A stretch of 64,000 bases of DNA from positions 4,736,001-4,800,000 of the forward strand of contig OZ244207.1 of assembly GCA_965216875.1 (NCBI GenBank), in the 5' to 3' direction. Below, one piece after another: positions 18,104 to 29,775 of the stretch (position 1 is the first letter of the stretch; each line of letters begins with the position of its first letter). Origin of the DNA: Rubripirellula sp. (GTDB lineage: Bacteria; Planctomycetota; Planctomycetia; Pirellulales; Pirellulaceae). The translations under genes were made by a program, and so were the position numbers. Under the pieces are notes generated by a model. That model searched no databases. It worked only from the letters and a program-made list of their open reading frames with translations, and was not told where the DNA came from.

Positions 18104-19102
18104 ATGATCCTCGCCTCAGCCGATCACAGCCCGATGGACCATGTTGTGCCTCACGCACTGCATGAAGAGCCGCTATTCAGCATGCATGTTGGAAGTGGTG
18201 ATGTCCCTGCGCTAAACATCTACGATGGTGTCTATAACTTCTTCATCACCAACCACTTGATGATGTCGGCATTTTCAGCCGTCGTGGTGATGCTGGTGTT
18301 CTTCCACGTTGCCAGCCGAGTCAAACCCAAGGGTGAAGGACTCGAGGCCTACAAGACGCGTGGCACGCTGGCCAACCTGTTTGAAACCATGTGCACCTTT
18401 GTTCGTGACGAAATGGTTCGTCCAAACCTTGGTGCCCTGACTGATAAATACATTTACTACATCTGGACCGTCTTTTTCTTTGTCCTGTTCTGCAACGTGC
18501 TGGGATTGATCCCGTTTGGGTACTTCCTCCAGCCAGCGACGGGCAATTCACATTGGGGCGGAACCGCAACGGGCAACTTGTCGCTCAACTCGATGCTGGC
18601 CTGTTGCAGCTTTGTCGCCATCCTGTTTGTCGGTATTCGCGAAACAGGACTCAAAGCGTTCTTGTCCCACTTCAACCCGCTGGGTTGGGACGATCCCAAG
18701 ATGTTGGTCATCGGCATCCCACTCTACTTCCTTGAGTGGTTGGGCTTGCTGATCAAGTGCATGGTGCTTTGCATGCGACTTTTCGGAACGATGATGTCGG
18801 GTCACTTGGTGATCGCTGCCTTCATCGGAATGGTCTTCTTGGCCACCGAGGTTTCGCACGGGCTTGGCTACTTTGTCGAGTTCGCCGTGATCATCGGCGG
18901 CATCTTGCTGACCCTGCTTGAACTGTTCATCTGCTGCCTGCAGGCCTTTATCTTCACGTTCTTGACGGTGCTGTTCATCTCGATGGTGGCCACGCATCAC
19001 GACCACGAACATGACGATGATCACGATCCGTTTACGGACGAAGGCCAAATGGACGTGGACAAGGTGATCGATCCATCACGTCTCGGACCGATGACCTCTT
19101 AA
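18104..19102 (+). CDS. atpB: ATP synthase Fo subunit a
   Basis: NVLGLIP, TATGNL, conserved Arg in CMRLFGTMMSGH, LQAFIFTFLT. Confidence 0.95.
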   Translation: MILASADHSPMDHVVPHALHEEPLFSMHVGSGDVPALNIYDGVYNFFITNHLMMSAFSAVVVMLVFFHVASRVKPKGEGLEAYKTRGTLANLFETMCTFVRDEMVRPNLGALTDKYIYYIWTVFFFVLFCNVLGLIPFGYFLQPATGNSHWGGTATGNLSLNSMLACCSFVAILFVGIRETGLKAFLSHFNPLGWDDPKMLVIGIPLYFLEWLGLLIKCMVLCMRLFGTMMSGHLVIAAFIGMVFLATEVSHGLGYFVEFAVIIGGILLTLLELFICCLQAFIFTFLTVLFISMVATHHDHEHDDDHDPFTDEGQMDVDKVIDPSRLGPMTS

Positions 19103-19142
19103 TCAATCAATTGACCCCCTTTAACCCATCAGTGACTTCTAA

Positions 19143-19469
<327 letters not shown>

Positions 19470-19599
19470 CTTGCAGAGTTCTTGTCCCTGGACAAAGACT
19501 CTGTGGCACGCCGGTTTGATTTTGGAAAGTGCGCTCGCGGTTGCGCGAGTGCATGACGCGAATGCCTCTGTTCGAAAAGACGATCCGCAAGGCGAATCC

Positions 19600-20355
19600 A
19601 TGTTGTTGCTTAAGTTTAGCCGAATTCCTTTGTTAGCAGCCTTGGCGCTGTTTGCGTTCACCGCTGTTCCGACCGTCGTCTCCGCCCAGGATGACGCCGC
19701 GACCGAGCAAGCGGACACGGACGCCGAGCAGGCCACGGACCACGACGAAGGTGACCATGATGATGGCGATCACAAAGAGGGTCACGACGAAAGTGACCAC
19801 GACAGTGATGCCAAGCACGCAGGCGATGATGGCCATGGCGGCCACGGCGAACACAAAACGCCACCCCTGCTTTCATGGGACTTCGGTTCGGCCGTCTGTA
19901 ACCTCGCCATCTTCCTTGGCGTTTTCGCAATCCTGTCGAAATTCGTTTGGCCTGTGATCCTCGGTGGTCTCAAGGCTCGCGAAGACAAGATCGCAGACGA
20001 CCTGGAAAGTGCCGAAAAAGCAAACGCCGACGCCAAGCAACTGTTGGCTGATTACCAAGCCAAAGTGGATGACGCCGCCAAGCAGGTGCAAACCATGCTT
20101 GCCGACGCTCGCAAGGATTCCGAGGCCGCAGGCCAACGAATCGTTGAAGAAGCCAAGGCAGAAGCGGAACGTCAACGCGAGCGAGCTGTCGCCGATATCG
20201 AAACGGCAAAGAAGGTTGCGCTGTCCGATCTGGCCGGCCAAACTTCCGACATGGCAATCAACGTCGCAAAACAAGTGGTCGGCCGCGAACTAAAAGCGGA
20301 AGATCACGCGGAGCTGATTCGCAAGTCGCTTGATCAACTTCCCAGTAACAACTAA
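19600..20355 (+). CDS. atpF: ATP synthase Fo subunit b with a signal-peptide-like leader and a His/Asp-rich N-terminal extension
   Basis: LSKFVWPVILGGLKAREDKI plus coiled coil; operon position; start ATG 19600 chosen. Confidence 0.92.
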   Translation: MLLLKFSRIPLLAALALFAFTAVPTVVSAQDDAATEQADTDAEQATDHDEGDHDDGDHKEGHDESDHDSDAKHAGDDGHGGHGEHKTPPLLSWDFGSAVCNLAIFLGVFAILSKFVWPVILGGLKAREDKIADDLESAEKANADAKQLLADYQAKVDDAAKQVQTMLADARKDSEAAGQRIVEEAKAEAERQRERAVADIETAKKVALSDLAGQTSDMAINVAKQVVGRELKAEDHAELIRKSLDQLPSNN

Positions 20356-20394
20356 GCACCTTTTTGACCGTCCGTCCACGACGCGGAAGCACAA

Positions 20395-21018
20395 ATGAGC
20401 GAAGCCGTCAAACACGATACCGTGCTCGACACCGGCGCCGAAAAATTGGGCAAGACCTATGCCCAGGCGTTGATCGGTGCCGCCAAAGAGGCATCGGTTG
20501 CCGATCAGGTGATCGAGCAACTCGGGCGACTCGTCGACGAGTATCTTGATGGCAGCCCCGAGCTTGCTGCCGTGTTCGGTTCGCCGCGGATCGACGTTGA
20601 GGAAAAGGTGCGTGTCATCGACAAGATCTTTGCCGATGAATTCCACGCCGTGCTGGTCAAGTTTTTGAAAGTCATGGCTCGTCGCGGACGTCTTGGTTAC
20701 GTCCGTGCCGTTCGCCAGGCTGCCGAAAACATTCATGACGAAATGCTCGGTCGCATCTTGGCCACCGTTCAAACGGCCGTCCCACTGGACGACGCCTCGC
20801 GTGGTCAAATCATCGATCGCCTCAGCGGCGTGCTCAACAAAGAAGTTCGCCTGCGAGAATCCGTTGATTCCAACTTGATCGGCGGCATCGTGATTCGCGT
20901 TGGTGACCAAGTCTTTGACAGCAGCGTCGCCAATCGATTGGACAAAATGGCGCGACACGCTCGTGCTGGTTTCTCCACCCAGTTGTTGCAAAAGTTCGAG
21001 CAGTTTACTGCCGAGTAA
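20395..21018 (+). CDS. atpH: ATP synthase F1 subunit delta
   Basis: YAQAL, VDSNLIGGIVIRVGDQVFDSSV. Confidence 0.95.
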   Translation: MSEAVKHDTVLDTGAEKLGKTYAQALIGAAKEASVADQVIEQLGRLVDEYLDGSPELAAVFGSPRIDVEEKVRVIDKIFADEFHAVLVKFLKVMARRGRLGYVRAVRQAAENIHDEMLGRILATVQTAVPLDDASRGQIIDRLSGVLNKEVRLRESVDSNLIGGIVIRVGDQVFDSSVANRLDKMARHARAGFSTQLLQKFEQFTAE

Positions 21019-21109
21019 TCGGCCGCAAAGTCGAAACCACTACAAAACAAAATCGAAATCAAAATCGCGAGCGACAGCTCGCTTACCCCTAAGCCTTCAT
21101 CATTGACCC

Positions 21110-22624
21110 ATGAAATTTAGCAGCGACGAAATCGCCTCGGTCTTGCAACAAGAGATCGAAGGATTGGACAGTAAGATTGATGTCCGCGAAGTCGGTACCG
21201 TGCTGGAAGTCGGTGACGGTATCGCCCGCGTCTATGGTCTCTCGGGCGTGATGGCCGGCGAGATGGTTGAATTCCCCAACGGTGCCATCGGCCTCGCGTT
21301 TAACCTCGAAGAAACTTCGGTCGGGGTGATCATCCTTGGTGACTACCTTTCGATCCAAGAAGGCGACGAAGTCAAAGCACTCGGCACGCTGCTTTCGGTT
21401 CCCGCTGGTGACGCTGTCATCGGACGCGTTCTCGACCCACTCGGAAACCCACTCGACGGCAAAGGCCCCGTCCAAACCGACGTCACTCGCCCCGTGGAAA
21501 TCATCGCCACCGGTGTTGCCGAGCGACAACCAGTGACCGAGCCCATGCAAACCGGGATCAAAGCGATCGACGCGATGACCCCGATCGGACGTGGACAACG
21601 CGAACTGATCATTGGTGACCGTAAGACCGGTAAGACGGCAGTCGCGATCGACGCGATCCTGAACCAAAAAGGCAAGAACGTTAAGTGCTTCTACGTTGCG
21701 ATCGGCCAAAAGGACTCGGCGGTTGCCGGTGTGGTCGACGTGCTCGAAAAGTACGGTGCCATGGAATACACCACGGTCATCGTCGCGGGTGCCTCCGCTC
21801 CTGCACCGCTGCAGTACGTTGCACCTTACGCGGGTACAGCAATGGCCGAACACTTCATGTTCAACAGCGGCCACTCGCTTGTTGTCTACGATGACTTGTC
21901 CAAGCAAGCGACGGCCTACCGCCAAATGAGCTTGTTGATGCGTCGCCCACCAGGACGCGAAGCTTACCCTGGTGACGTGTTCTACTGTCACAGTCGTCTG
22001 CTCGAACGTTCGGCAAAACTTTCGGATGCCCTCGGTGGCGGTTCGATCACCAGCTTGCCGATCATCGAAACACTCGAAGGCGAAGTTTCGGCTTACATTC
22101 CAACCAACGTGATTTCGATCACCGATGGCCAAATCTACCTCCAACCCGACTTGTTCTTCGCTGGTATCCGTCCCGCGATGAACGCTGGTATCTCCGTCTC
22201 GCGCGTGGGTGGTGCTGCACAAGTCAAAGCGATGAAAAAGGTCGCCGGTGGTTTGCGTCTCGACTTGGCTGCCTTCCGTGCACTCGAAGCATTCGCACAA
22301 CTCGGTACCGACCTCGATGCGGCAACCCAAGCTCAGCTTGATCGCGGTTACCGCATGGTCGAATTGCTCAAGCAACCTCAGTACCAACCAAAGAGTGTTG
22401 CCGAGCAAGTCCTTAGCCTTTACGCCGGTACTCGCGGATTCATTGACGATGTGCCTGTGAAAGCCGTTTCGCAATGGGAAACGGACTTCCTGCAGTTCGC
22501 TGCCGACAAGCACGCGGATGCGATCAGCTTGCTGGCCGAAAAGGCTGACTTGACCGACGACGTCGTCGAGAAGATTGAAGCCTGCATTAACGATTTCAAG
22601 AGCAGCTACACGATCCCTGAGTAA
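21110..22624 (+). CDS. atpA: ATP synthase F1 subunit alpha
   Basis: [31 protein letters not shown]. Confidence 0.99.
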   Translation: MKFSSDEIASVLQQEIEGLDSKIDVREVGTVLEVGDGIARVYGLSGVMAGEMVEFPNGAIGLAFNLEETSVGVIILGDYLSIQEGDEVKALGTLLSVPAGDAVIGRVLDPLGNPLDGKGPVQTDVTRPVEIIATGVAERQPVTEPMQTGIKAIDAMTPIGRGQRELIIGDRKTGKTAVAIDAILNQKGKNVKCFYVAIGQKDSAVAGVVDVLEKYGAMEYTTVIVAGASAPAPLQYVAPYAGTAMAEHFMFNSGHSLVVYDDLSKQATAYRQMSLLMRRPPGREAYPGDVFYCHSRLLERSAKLSDALGGGSITSLPIIETLEGEVSAYIPTNVISITDGQIYLQPDLFFAGIRPAMNAGISVSRVGGAAQVKAMKKVAGGLRLDLAAFRALEAFAQLGTDLDAATQAQLDRGYRMVELLKQPQYQPKSVAEQVLSLYAGTRGFIDDVPVKAVSQWETDFLQFAADKHADAISLLAEKADLTDDVVEKIEACINDFKSSYTIPE

Positions 22625-22648
22625 ACCTCAGCGAACCTGTAGCCCAAA

Positions 22649-22699
22649 AGCACAAGTGCTGAACCTAGAACCCGTCAGCACAAGTGCTGAACCTAGAAC
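22649..22699 (+). repeat. Two perfect 23-bp direct repeats (AGCACAAGTGCTGAACCTAGAAC) in the atpA-atpG spacer
   Basis: Copies at 22649-22671 and 22677-22699; each contains the mini-hairpin AGCAC-AA-GTGCT. Confidence 0.85.
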
Positions 22700-22726
22700 A
22701 CTGACCGCCACTGGAACGACCGATTC

Positions 22727-23617
22727 ATGGCCAACGCCCGCGCACTCGATAAACGTCGCAAATCAATTCGCAACATCCGCAAGATCACGCGGACGATGGA
22801 GTTGATCGCTACGGCGCGCTATAAGAAAGCGATGGATCGCGCCGCCGCTGTGACGGCTTACACCGATCGACTCGCTTCGATCGTCAATTCGCTTGCAGCC
22901 GCAGGCACCGAAGTTCAGCACCCGCTTTTGGAAAAGCGTGACAACCCGCAATCCGCTCGCGTGCTGGTCCTTTCCAGCAATCGTGGGCTCTGTGGTGGTT
23001 ACAACGCCGGCATCCTGCGAGCCACATTGCCACTGCTGGAAGAGCTCAAAGGATCGATCGATCAAGTGGCTTGCGATGTCAGCGGTAAGCGAGGCATCAA
23101 CGGCTTGAAGTTTCGCGGCGTCGAAGCCGACGAAACCTACACCCACTTTGAAGATCAACCCAAGTACGACGAAGTGGACGAAATCGCTTCGAAGTACCTT
23201 GAACAATACATCACCGGCCAAATCGATCGCCTCGATGTGGTCTACACCAAGTTCATCAGCACCAGCAAACAGATCGCCACGATCGAAACGCTGTTGCCAC
23301 TTGGATCCCTTGATGATGGCGACGGTGGATCGACGGAAGACGCGTCTGGCAGCAATGTCGAATACGAATTCCTTCCTTCGGCCGAAAGCATCCTCGAAGA
23401 AGTCGTGCCAACGAGCTTTAAAGCGAAGTTGTTCAAATGCTTCTTGGACGCTGCCGTGAGCGAGCAAGTTGCTCGAATGATCGCCATGAAAGGTGCAACC
23501 GAGAGTGCCGGCGACATGATCCAGCAACTGTCGATGACCTACAACCGTGCTCGTCAGAGCCAAATTACCGGCGAGATCATGGAGATCATCGGCGGTGTGG
23601 AAGCACTCGAGTCATAA
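22727..23617 (+). CDS. atpG: ATP synthase F1 subunit gamma
   Basis: KITRTMELIA, NRGLCGGYN, YNRARQSQITGEIMEI. Confidence 0.98.
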   Translation: MANARALDKRRKSIRNIRKITRTMELIATARYKKAMDRAAAVTAYTDRLASIVNSLAAAGTEVQHPLLEKRDNPQSARVLVLSSNRGLCGGYNAGILRATLPLLEELKGSIDQVACDVSGKRGINGLKFRGVEADETYTHFEDQPKYDEVDEIASKYLEQYITGQIDRLDVVYTKFISTSKQIATIETLLPLGSLDDGDGGSTEDASGSNVEYEFLPSAESILEEVVPTSFKAKLFKCFLDAAVSEQVARMIAMKGATESAGDMIQQLSMTYNRARQSQITGEIMEIIGGVEALES

Positions 23618-25135
<1,518 letters not shown>

Positions 25136-25138
25136 GCT

Positions 25139-25525
25139 ATGTCGCTTCGTTGCATTGTTGTCACTCCCGAACGCACCGAACTGGATCGCGAAGCCGAATC
25201 AATTTCGCTTCCGATGTTCGATGGCGAATTGGGCGTGCTCAAGGGGCGTGCCCCGCTGATCGGCCGACTCGGTTTTGGGACATTGCGGTTGCAAACCGCA
25301 GCTGGACCAGAGAAGTACTACGTCGACGGTGGCTTCGCGCAGGTCGAAGGCGACGTCGTCAGCATTTTGACCGGCCGTGCGATTGCTGTCGATTTGCTCG
25401 ACCACGAGGAAGCTCGTCAATCACTCGACGACGCCAAGGCGTTGCCTGGTTCGACGCCTGAAGAGATGCAGTTGAAAGAAACCGCATTGCGTCGCGCTCG
25501 TGGCCAAGTCCGAGCCTCACGCTAA
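25139..25525 (+). CDS. atpC: ATP synthase F1 subunit epsilon
   Basis: VVTPE, GELGVL, VDGGFAQV; last gene of the operon. Confidence 0.95.
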   Translation: MSLRCIVVTPERTELDREAESISLPMFDGELGVLKGRAPLIGRLGFGTLRLQTAAGPEKYYVDGGFAQVEGDVVSILTGRAIAVDLLDHEEARQSLDDAKALPGSTPEEMQLKETALRRARGQVRASR

Positions 25526-25531
25526 ACGATC

Positions 25532-25767
25532 GTGAGCCGTCCTTCGTAGCTGCCTTCGCCCGAAGGTGGTTTGTGCGGCGGACCGCTCCCCACTTCCTCT
25601 TCGGGTGAGTCGCTGGCCGTGAGGCCTCGGGCCTTAATAATCTGTGCAAGGCCCGACGCTAGCGCGTTCGGCTCACGTCCATGATGTAGCTACCTTCGCC
25701 AGAAGGTGGTTTGTGTTGGCAAGCGGTCAACCGTCACCCCACGCTCTGGCGAGCGTAGCGTAGCTAC
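25532..25767. repeat. REP mosaic (degenerate REP-C, REP-B, REP-C pair at 25686-25767) between convergent atpC and mlaD
   Basis: GGCCCGACGCTAGCGCGTTCGGCTCAC and GTAGCTACCTTCGCCAGAAGGTGG...CCACGCTCTGGCGAGCGTAGC. Confidence 0.88.
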
Positions 25768-25804
25768 GGTTTGTGATCAAGCCAGGACGCTTACGCGTCC
25801 CGCC

Positions 25805-27004
25805 TTACTTGATGCCCATGCCATTGGGGCGTTTGGTGATCGCGCCTCGCACGCCAAGCTGCCTTGGATCCCTGGCGATCTTGTCCGAAAAGATTCGCAC
25901 GTCATCCAAGATCGGACGCACCTTCGCGGTCGCTTCTTCGATGTTCGTGATCGTCCGGCGGATTTGGTAGTAAAGCTCTTCGTCTTCCAGGAACCGCTTC
26001 AGCGTTCCATCGCCGTTGTTGAGTGACTTGCCAAACTCTTCGACCTGGAACAAAGCGCTGTCGACCCGAGCGAGCGTTCCACGCACCTGAGCCACCATCT
26101 CGTCGCTCTGTTCGGCGAGCGGTGTGGTGAATTGTTCAATGTTGTTGAACGTACGCTGAACACTCTCGACCGTGTCTTCGGCGGCGATGCCCACCTGCTC
26201 GAATTGGTCACCAACACGCTGAAAACTCTTGAACGCATCTTGTGTCGAATCGAGCGTCTCTTGGACGTTCTGCAACAAGTCCGGCAGTTGCTGGATTGAC
26301 GACTGGAGGTTTCGCTGCATTTCGGGATCACCGACGATCGTGCGGACGTCACGCATCGCACCCTGAAACTCTTGGAGAGCGGCGACCGCTTCGTCAGCGA
26401 CTTCCGAGATCTTGCCGTCTTCGGCATTGACCATTTCGCGAAAGTCACCGGCGAGTTGATCGACGCTGTTGCTCGCATCCGCGATCGATTGGCCGGCAGT
26501 GCGAATGACGTCGAAGGTTTCTGCCAAGTCGTCCTGCATTTCCAGCAACCCAGGCGTCACCGAGCCGTAGGGAATGAACTCTTCGATTTCGCTGTAGGGC
26601 AAATCCAAGATCTCCTGGTCGTCGCCCCAGTTGCGAACCAACTCCTGCTCGCTCCCTTTGACGAATTCGAGCTTGGCATCGCCTGACACCAGACTGCCGG
26701 CGCCGATTTTCGGAATATAGCGATGCGTCAGGTAGGTTCGGTGCTTGAGTTGCATTTCAAGCGTCACTTGCACGCCCCCTTCGGGGCGCAAACGAACATC
26801 GGCGACGCGGCCGATCGCAACGCCATCGCGCACGACCTTGCTGTTCACGCCAATCCCTTCGGCCGAATCGAAGTTGACAATCAACTTGTAGTCGCGCGTC
26901 AGCACACTTGGAAACGCACCAAACAAAAACGTCAAGATGATGGCGATCCCAATGGCCGAGATTACCAGCACGCCGACGCCGAATCGTAGTTTATTGTCAT
27001 CCAT
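25805..27004 (-). CDS. mlaD: MlaD/MCE-family protein with a long helical C-terminal region
   Basis: N-terminal TM helix; F.SAEGI...SKV...GVAIGRV MCE motif; NGDGTL; downstream of mlaE/mlaF. Confidence 0.85.
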   Translation of the reverse strand: MDDNKLRFGVGVLVISAIGIAIILTFLFGAFPSVLTRDYKLIVNFDSAEGIGVNSKVVRDGVAIGRVADVRLRPEGGVQVTLEMQLKHRTYLTHRYIPKIGAGSLVSGDAKLEFVKGSEQELVRNWGDDQEILDLPYSEIEEFIPYGSVTPGLLEMQDDLAETFDVIRTAGQSIADASNSVDQLAGDFREMVNAEDGKISEVADEAVAALQEFQGAMRDVRTIVGDPEMQRNLQSSIQQLPDLLQNVQETLDSTQDAFKSFQRVGDQFEQVGIAAEDTVESVQRTFNNIEQFTTPLAEQSDEMVAQVRGTLARVDSALFQVEEFGKSLNNGDGTLKRFLEDEELYYQIRRTITNIEEATAKVRPILDDVRIFSDKIARDPRQLGVRGAITKRPNGMGIK

Positions 27005-27064
27005 GACTGTTACTCAAAACCAACCGATGCGTCTTTTGAATCCGTGACGCAGAGGAAGGAAAAC

Positions 27065-28405
27065 TTAGGCACTTCTCATTTCGTTGATTCGTTCGCCCGC
27101 TTCGCCACGCACAAATTGTCGAACTCGCCGATCTTCGGCATGTTCGAGGTCACTTGGCGGACCATCAAACAGGACTTGTGACTCGTGGTCGTCCAGTCGC
27201 ATGCGTGGATAAAACATCAACACGCGATCGGCAACCTTGCGAGCCGTGTTCATATCGTGCGTGACCACCACGCTTGTAACCGGGTAGCGACGCCGGGTAT
27301 CGAGGATCAACTCATTGATCACATCGCTCATGATCGGATCGAGTCCCGTAGTCGGCTCGTCGTACACGACAAGCTCCGGGCGCAAAATCAAAGCTCGTGC
27401 CAACCCGACACGTTTGCGCATCCCACCGGACAGTTCTGCGGGGCGTTTTCGACTCACTTCGGCGGGCAAGCCGACTTCGGCAAGGTGAGTCATCACGCGG
27501 TCGCGCACTTCCGACTCGGCGACCGACTCGTTTTGCCTTAACGGAAAGGCGACGTTGTCAAAGATTGACATGCTGTCGAACAGTGCCGCATTCTGAAAAA
27601 CGAAACCAAACCGCCGGCGTGTATCGGTCAACTCTTCGTGGCTCATGTCCGCGAGCCAACGTCCGTCGAAACCGAGCCGACCTTTTGTTGGACTGATCAA
27701 ACCGACGATCGTTTTCATGAAGACCGTCTTGCCGCAACCACTTTCGCCAATGATCGCTACGGTTTGGCCACGTCGAATCTGAAGATTGATATCTTTCAGG
27801 ACGGTTTGACCGCCGAATCGCACCATCACATCGTCCGACTCGACCAGCACTCCATCACCAGCTGGTTGTCGCGATTGGCTCGCCGCGGACGGTCGTTGAC
27901 TGTCTTGCTCGGAAGCGTCCTTTGCAGAAGCAATGTTGGGTTTCGCAGCAACCGTTGGACGCGGCTTGTCGCGAATGATCTCGATCTTGGTCTTGGTCGG
28001 CTCTGGTTCCGGCTCCGAAACAGGTTGGGGCTCCGCAGCAGGTTGGGGCGCCGCAGCAAGTTCAGACTCCGCCACGTCATCCGACGTGCTAGACGCAGGC
28101 TCCTCCCAGCGATCGGACGCTTGGTCCCACGCTTCCTCATCGGCCTCTTCATGAAAGACTTCGTCTTGCGCCTCTTCATCATCAACCGCAAACGATTCAC
28201 TCACAACTTCGACCTGTCGCGGTGTCGCTTCATCGTCGATGAACGGCCCATCGTCTTCGGTCGGCCCATCGTCCACCGACGGATCGGCCTCGTCATCGTC
28301 ACCGTATTGATCCTCGTGATCGTGATACGCGACTTCTTCGTCGGGCGTGAGTTCGTCTTCGGGCTCGAACTCGTCTTCGGGCGTCAGCTCGTCATCCTTA
28401 CTCAT
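27065..28405 (-). CDS. mlaF: MlaF/Mkl-type ABC ATPase with a long acidic N-terminal extension
   Basis: GESGCGKT, FQNAALFDSM, LSGGMRKRVGLARA, YDEPTTGLDP; the ATG overlaps the mlaE stop (ATGA, 28402-28405). Confidence 0.9.
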   Translation of the reverse strand: MSKDDELTPEDEFEPEDELTPDEEVAYHDHEDQYGDDDEADPSVDDGPTEDDGPFIDDEATPRQVEVVSESFAVDDEEAQDEVFHEEADEEAWDQASDRWEEPASSTSDDVAESELAAAPQPAAEPQPVSEPEPEPTKTKIEIIRDKPRPTVAAKPNIASAKDASEQDSQRPSAASQSRQPAGDGVLVESDDVMVRFGGQTVLKDINLQIRRGQTVAIIGESGCGKTVFMKTIVGLISPTKGRLGFDGRWLADMSHEELTDTRRRFGFVFQNAALFDSMSIFDNVAFPLRQNESVAESEVRDRVMTHLAEVGLPAEVSRKRPAELSGGMRKRVGLARALILRPELVVYDEPTTGLDPIMSDVINELILDTRRRYPVTSVVVTHDMNTARKVADRVLMFYPRMRLDDHESQVLFDGPPSDLEHAEDRRVRQFVRGEAGERINEMRSA

Positions 28406-29304
28406 ATCAGCGACGGTGCTCCCGCATAAAGCCTGAAGTAGATCGCATCCAGGATAATGGTCAGGCAAAGGTCCATGACCAAGATCATGACGAATGAGTA
28501 GACGAATGCGGTGGTTGCCGCTTTGCCAACACCCTCGGCACCCGCTTCACAGTGGAAGCCGCGATAGCAACTAACGACCGCGATAATGCCGCCGAAAAAG
28601 ACACTCTTGAACAACCCACTGAAAAGGTCGTATCCCATCACGCCTTCGCGCGAGTAGTTCAAATAGGCCGCGTGATCGATCCCCAAAATGATCACGCTAT
28701 AAAAATAGCCGCCAACGATCCCCATGAAGTCAGCCATGATCGTTAGCGCGGGAATCAGGAAGATGCACGCGAGGAATCGCGGCACAACCAGATAGTGAAT
28801 CGGATCGGCGCCCATCGTGGTGAGTGCATCGATTTGTTCGGTCACTCGCATCGTGCCGAGGACCGCCGCCATCGCACTCCCGACGCGGCCGGCCAACATC
28901 GTGGCGGCGAGCACGGGACCGAGCTCGCGCACGAGCGTTCCGTTGATCACGACACCGAGTCGAGTTTCCAGACCGATTTGATGGAATTGGTGATAGCTTT
29001 GAACCGCCAACACCATACCGATGAATGTTCCCGTGAGTGCCACCACAGGAAGGCTCAACACGCCGACCTGATAGAAGTTGACCATGATCGTTCCGCGACG
29101 TGGCAGTCGCGTGAACATCCAGACGAACATGCGCCAAACAAAGATTGCCATGTCGCCCATCGTGGTGACACCATCGACAACCGCCGACCCCCACTGGATG
29201 ACCCAGCGAGCGACCGGTCCTGGTGGCTTGTCGTTCGGGAGTGTCGAGCTGGACAAATTGGCGACCCGCAAAAAGGCGTGTTTCACGCTTGCTGCTGCGC
29301 TCAA
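28402..29304 (-). CDS. mlaE: MlaE-family ABC permease
   Basis: RELGPVL, AGRVGSA, MRVTEQIDAL, YLVVPR, GAEGVGKA; start uncertain. Confidence 0.92.
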   Translation of the reverse strand: MSAAASVKHAFLRVANLSSSTLPNDKPPGPVARWVIQWGSAVVDGVTTMGDMAIFVWRMFVWMFTRLPRRGTIMVNFYQVGVLSLPVVALTGTFIGMVLAVQSYHQFHQIGLETRLGVVINGTLVRELGPVLAATMLAGRVGSAMAAVLGTMRVTEQIDALTTMGADPIHYLVVPRFLACIFLIPALTIMADFMGIVGGYFYSVIILGIDHAAYLNYSREGVMGYDLFSGLFKSVFFGGIIAVVSCYRGFHCEAGAEGVGKAATTAFVYSFVMILVMDLCLTIILDAIYFRLYAGAPSLI

Positions 29305-29399
29305 TACGCAATGAGCGCGCAGCGACCCACGTCCGTGTGTCCTAAGGAGTATCGGTTAGACCGACCTTGCGGGTTGAGAAGAGTTTGCCCGTTCTTTGC

Positions 29400-29773
29400 G
29401 AGCCGAACGCGCTGGCGTCGGGCCTTACACAACTCACAGTAGCTACGCTCGCCAGAGCGTGGTTGTTGCGAGAACCACCTTCTGGCGAAGGTAGCTACCG
29501 CCGGAATCTTCAGACCCTTCCGCCTAAAGGCGGGAATACGAACGGATCGTGAGCCGAACGCGCTTGCGTCGGGCCGTACACAACTCACCGTAGCTACGCT
29601 CGCCAGAGCGTTGTTGTTGCGAGAACCACCTTCTGGCGAAGGTAGCTACCGCCGGAATCTTCAGCCCCTTCCGCCTAAAGGCGGGACGACGAACGGAGCT
29701 CCGCAAACGTTGCGATTGCGGGCGCTGCTTTCGCGGAGCGAAAGGCGACTTTCTTCTGGCGAAGGTAACTACG
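29400..29773. repeat. Tandem duplication of a 151-bp composite REP unit (B + C pair + D), followed by REP-I and a partial REP-C
   Basis: Units start at 29400 and 29551 and differ by only a few substitutions. Confidence 0.9.
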
Positions 29774-29775
29774 AA

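Noticed and set aside
19503..19520. Possible sigma-54 promoter TGGCACG before atpF; a similar one lies on the minus strand near 55300-55315
   Set aside because: The -12 TTGC element is missing or mis-spaced by one base.
21089..22513. 474-aa ORF antisense to atpA, and similar long antisense ORFs over cysI (8683-9741), rpsA (41633-43306), the M20 peptidase (33885-35153) and the M28 peptidase (56667-57893)
   Set aside because: These are shadow ORFs produced by codon bias in GC-rich genes; they have no recognisable motifs and fully overlap confident genes.
29400..29700. Regularly spaced repeats that might suggest a CRISPR array (also at 4825-4905 and 1420-1469)
   Set aside because: The intervening sequences are themselves repeated rather than unique spacers, the units are dispersed palindromes, and no cas genes are present.
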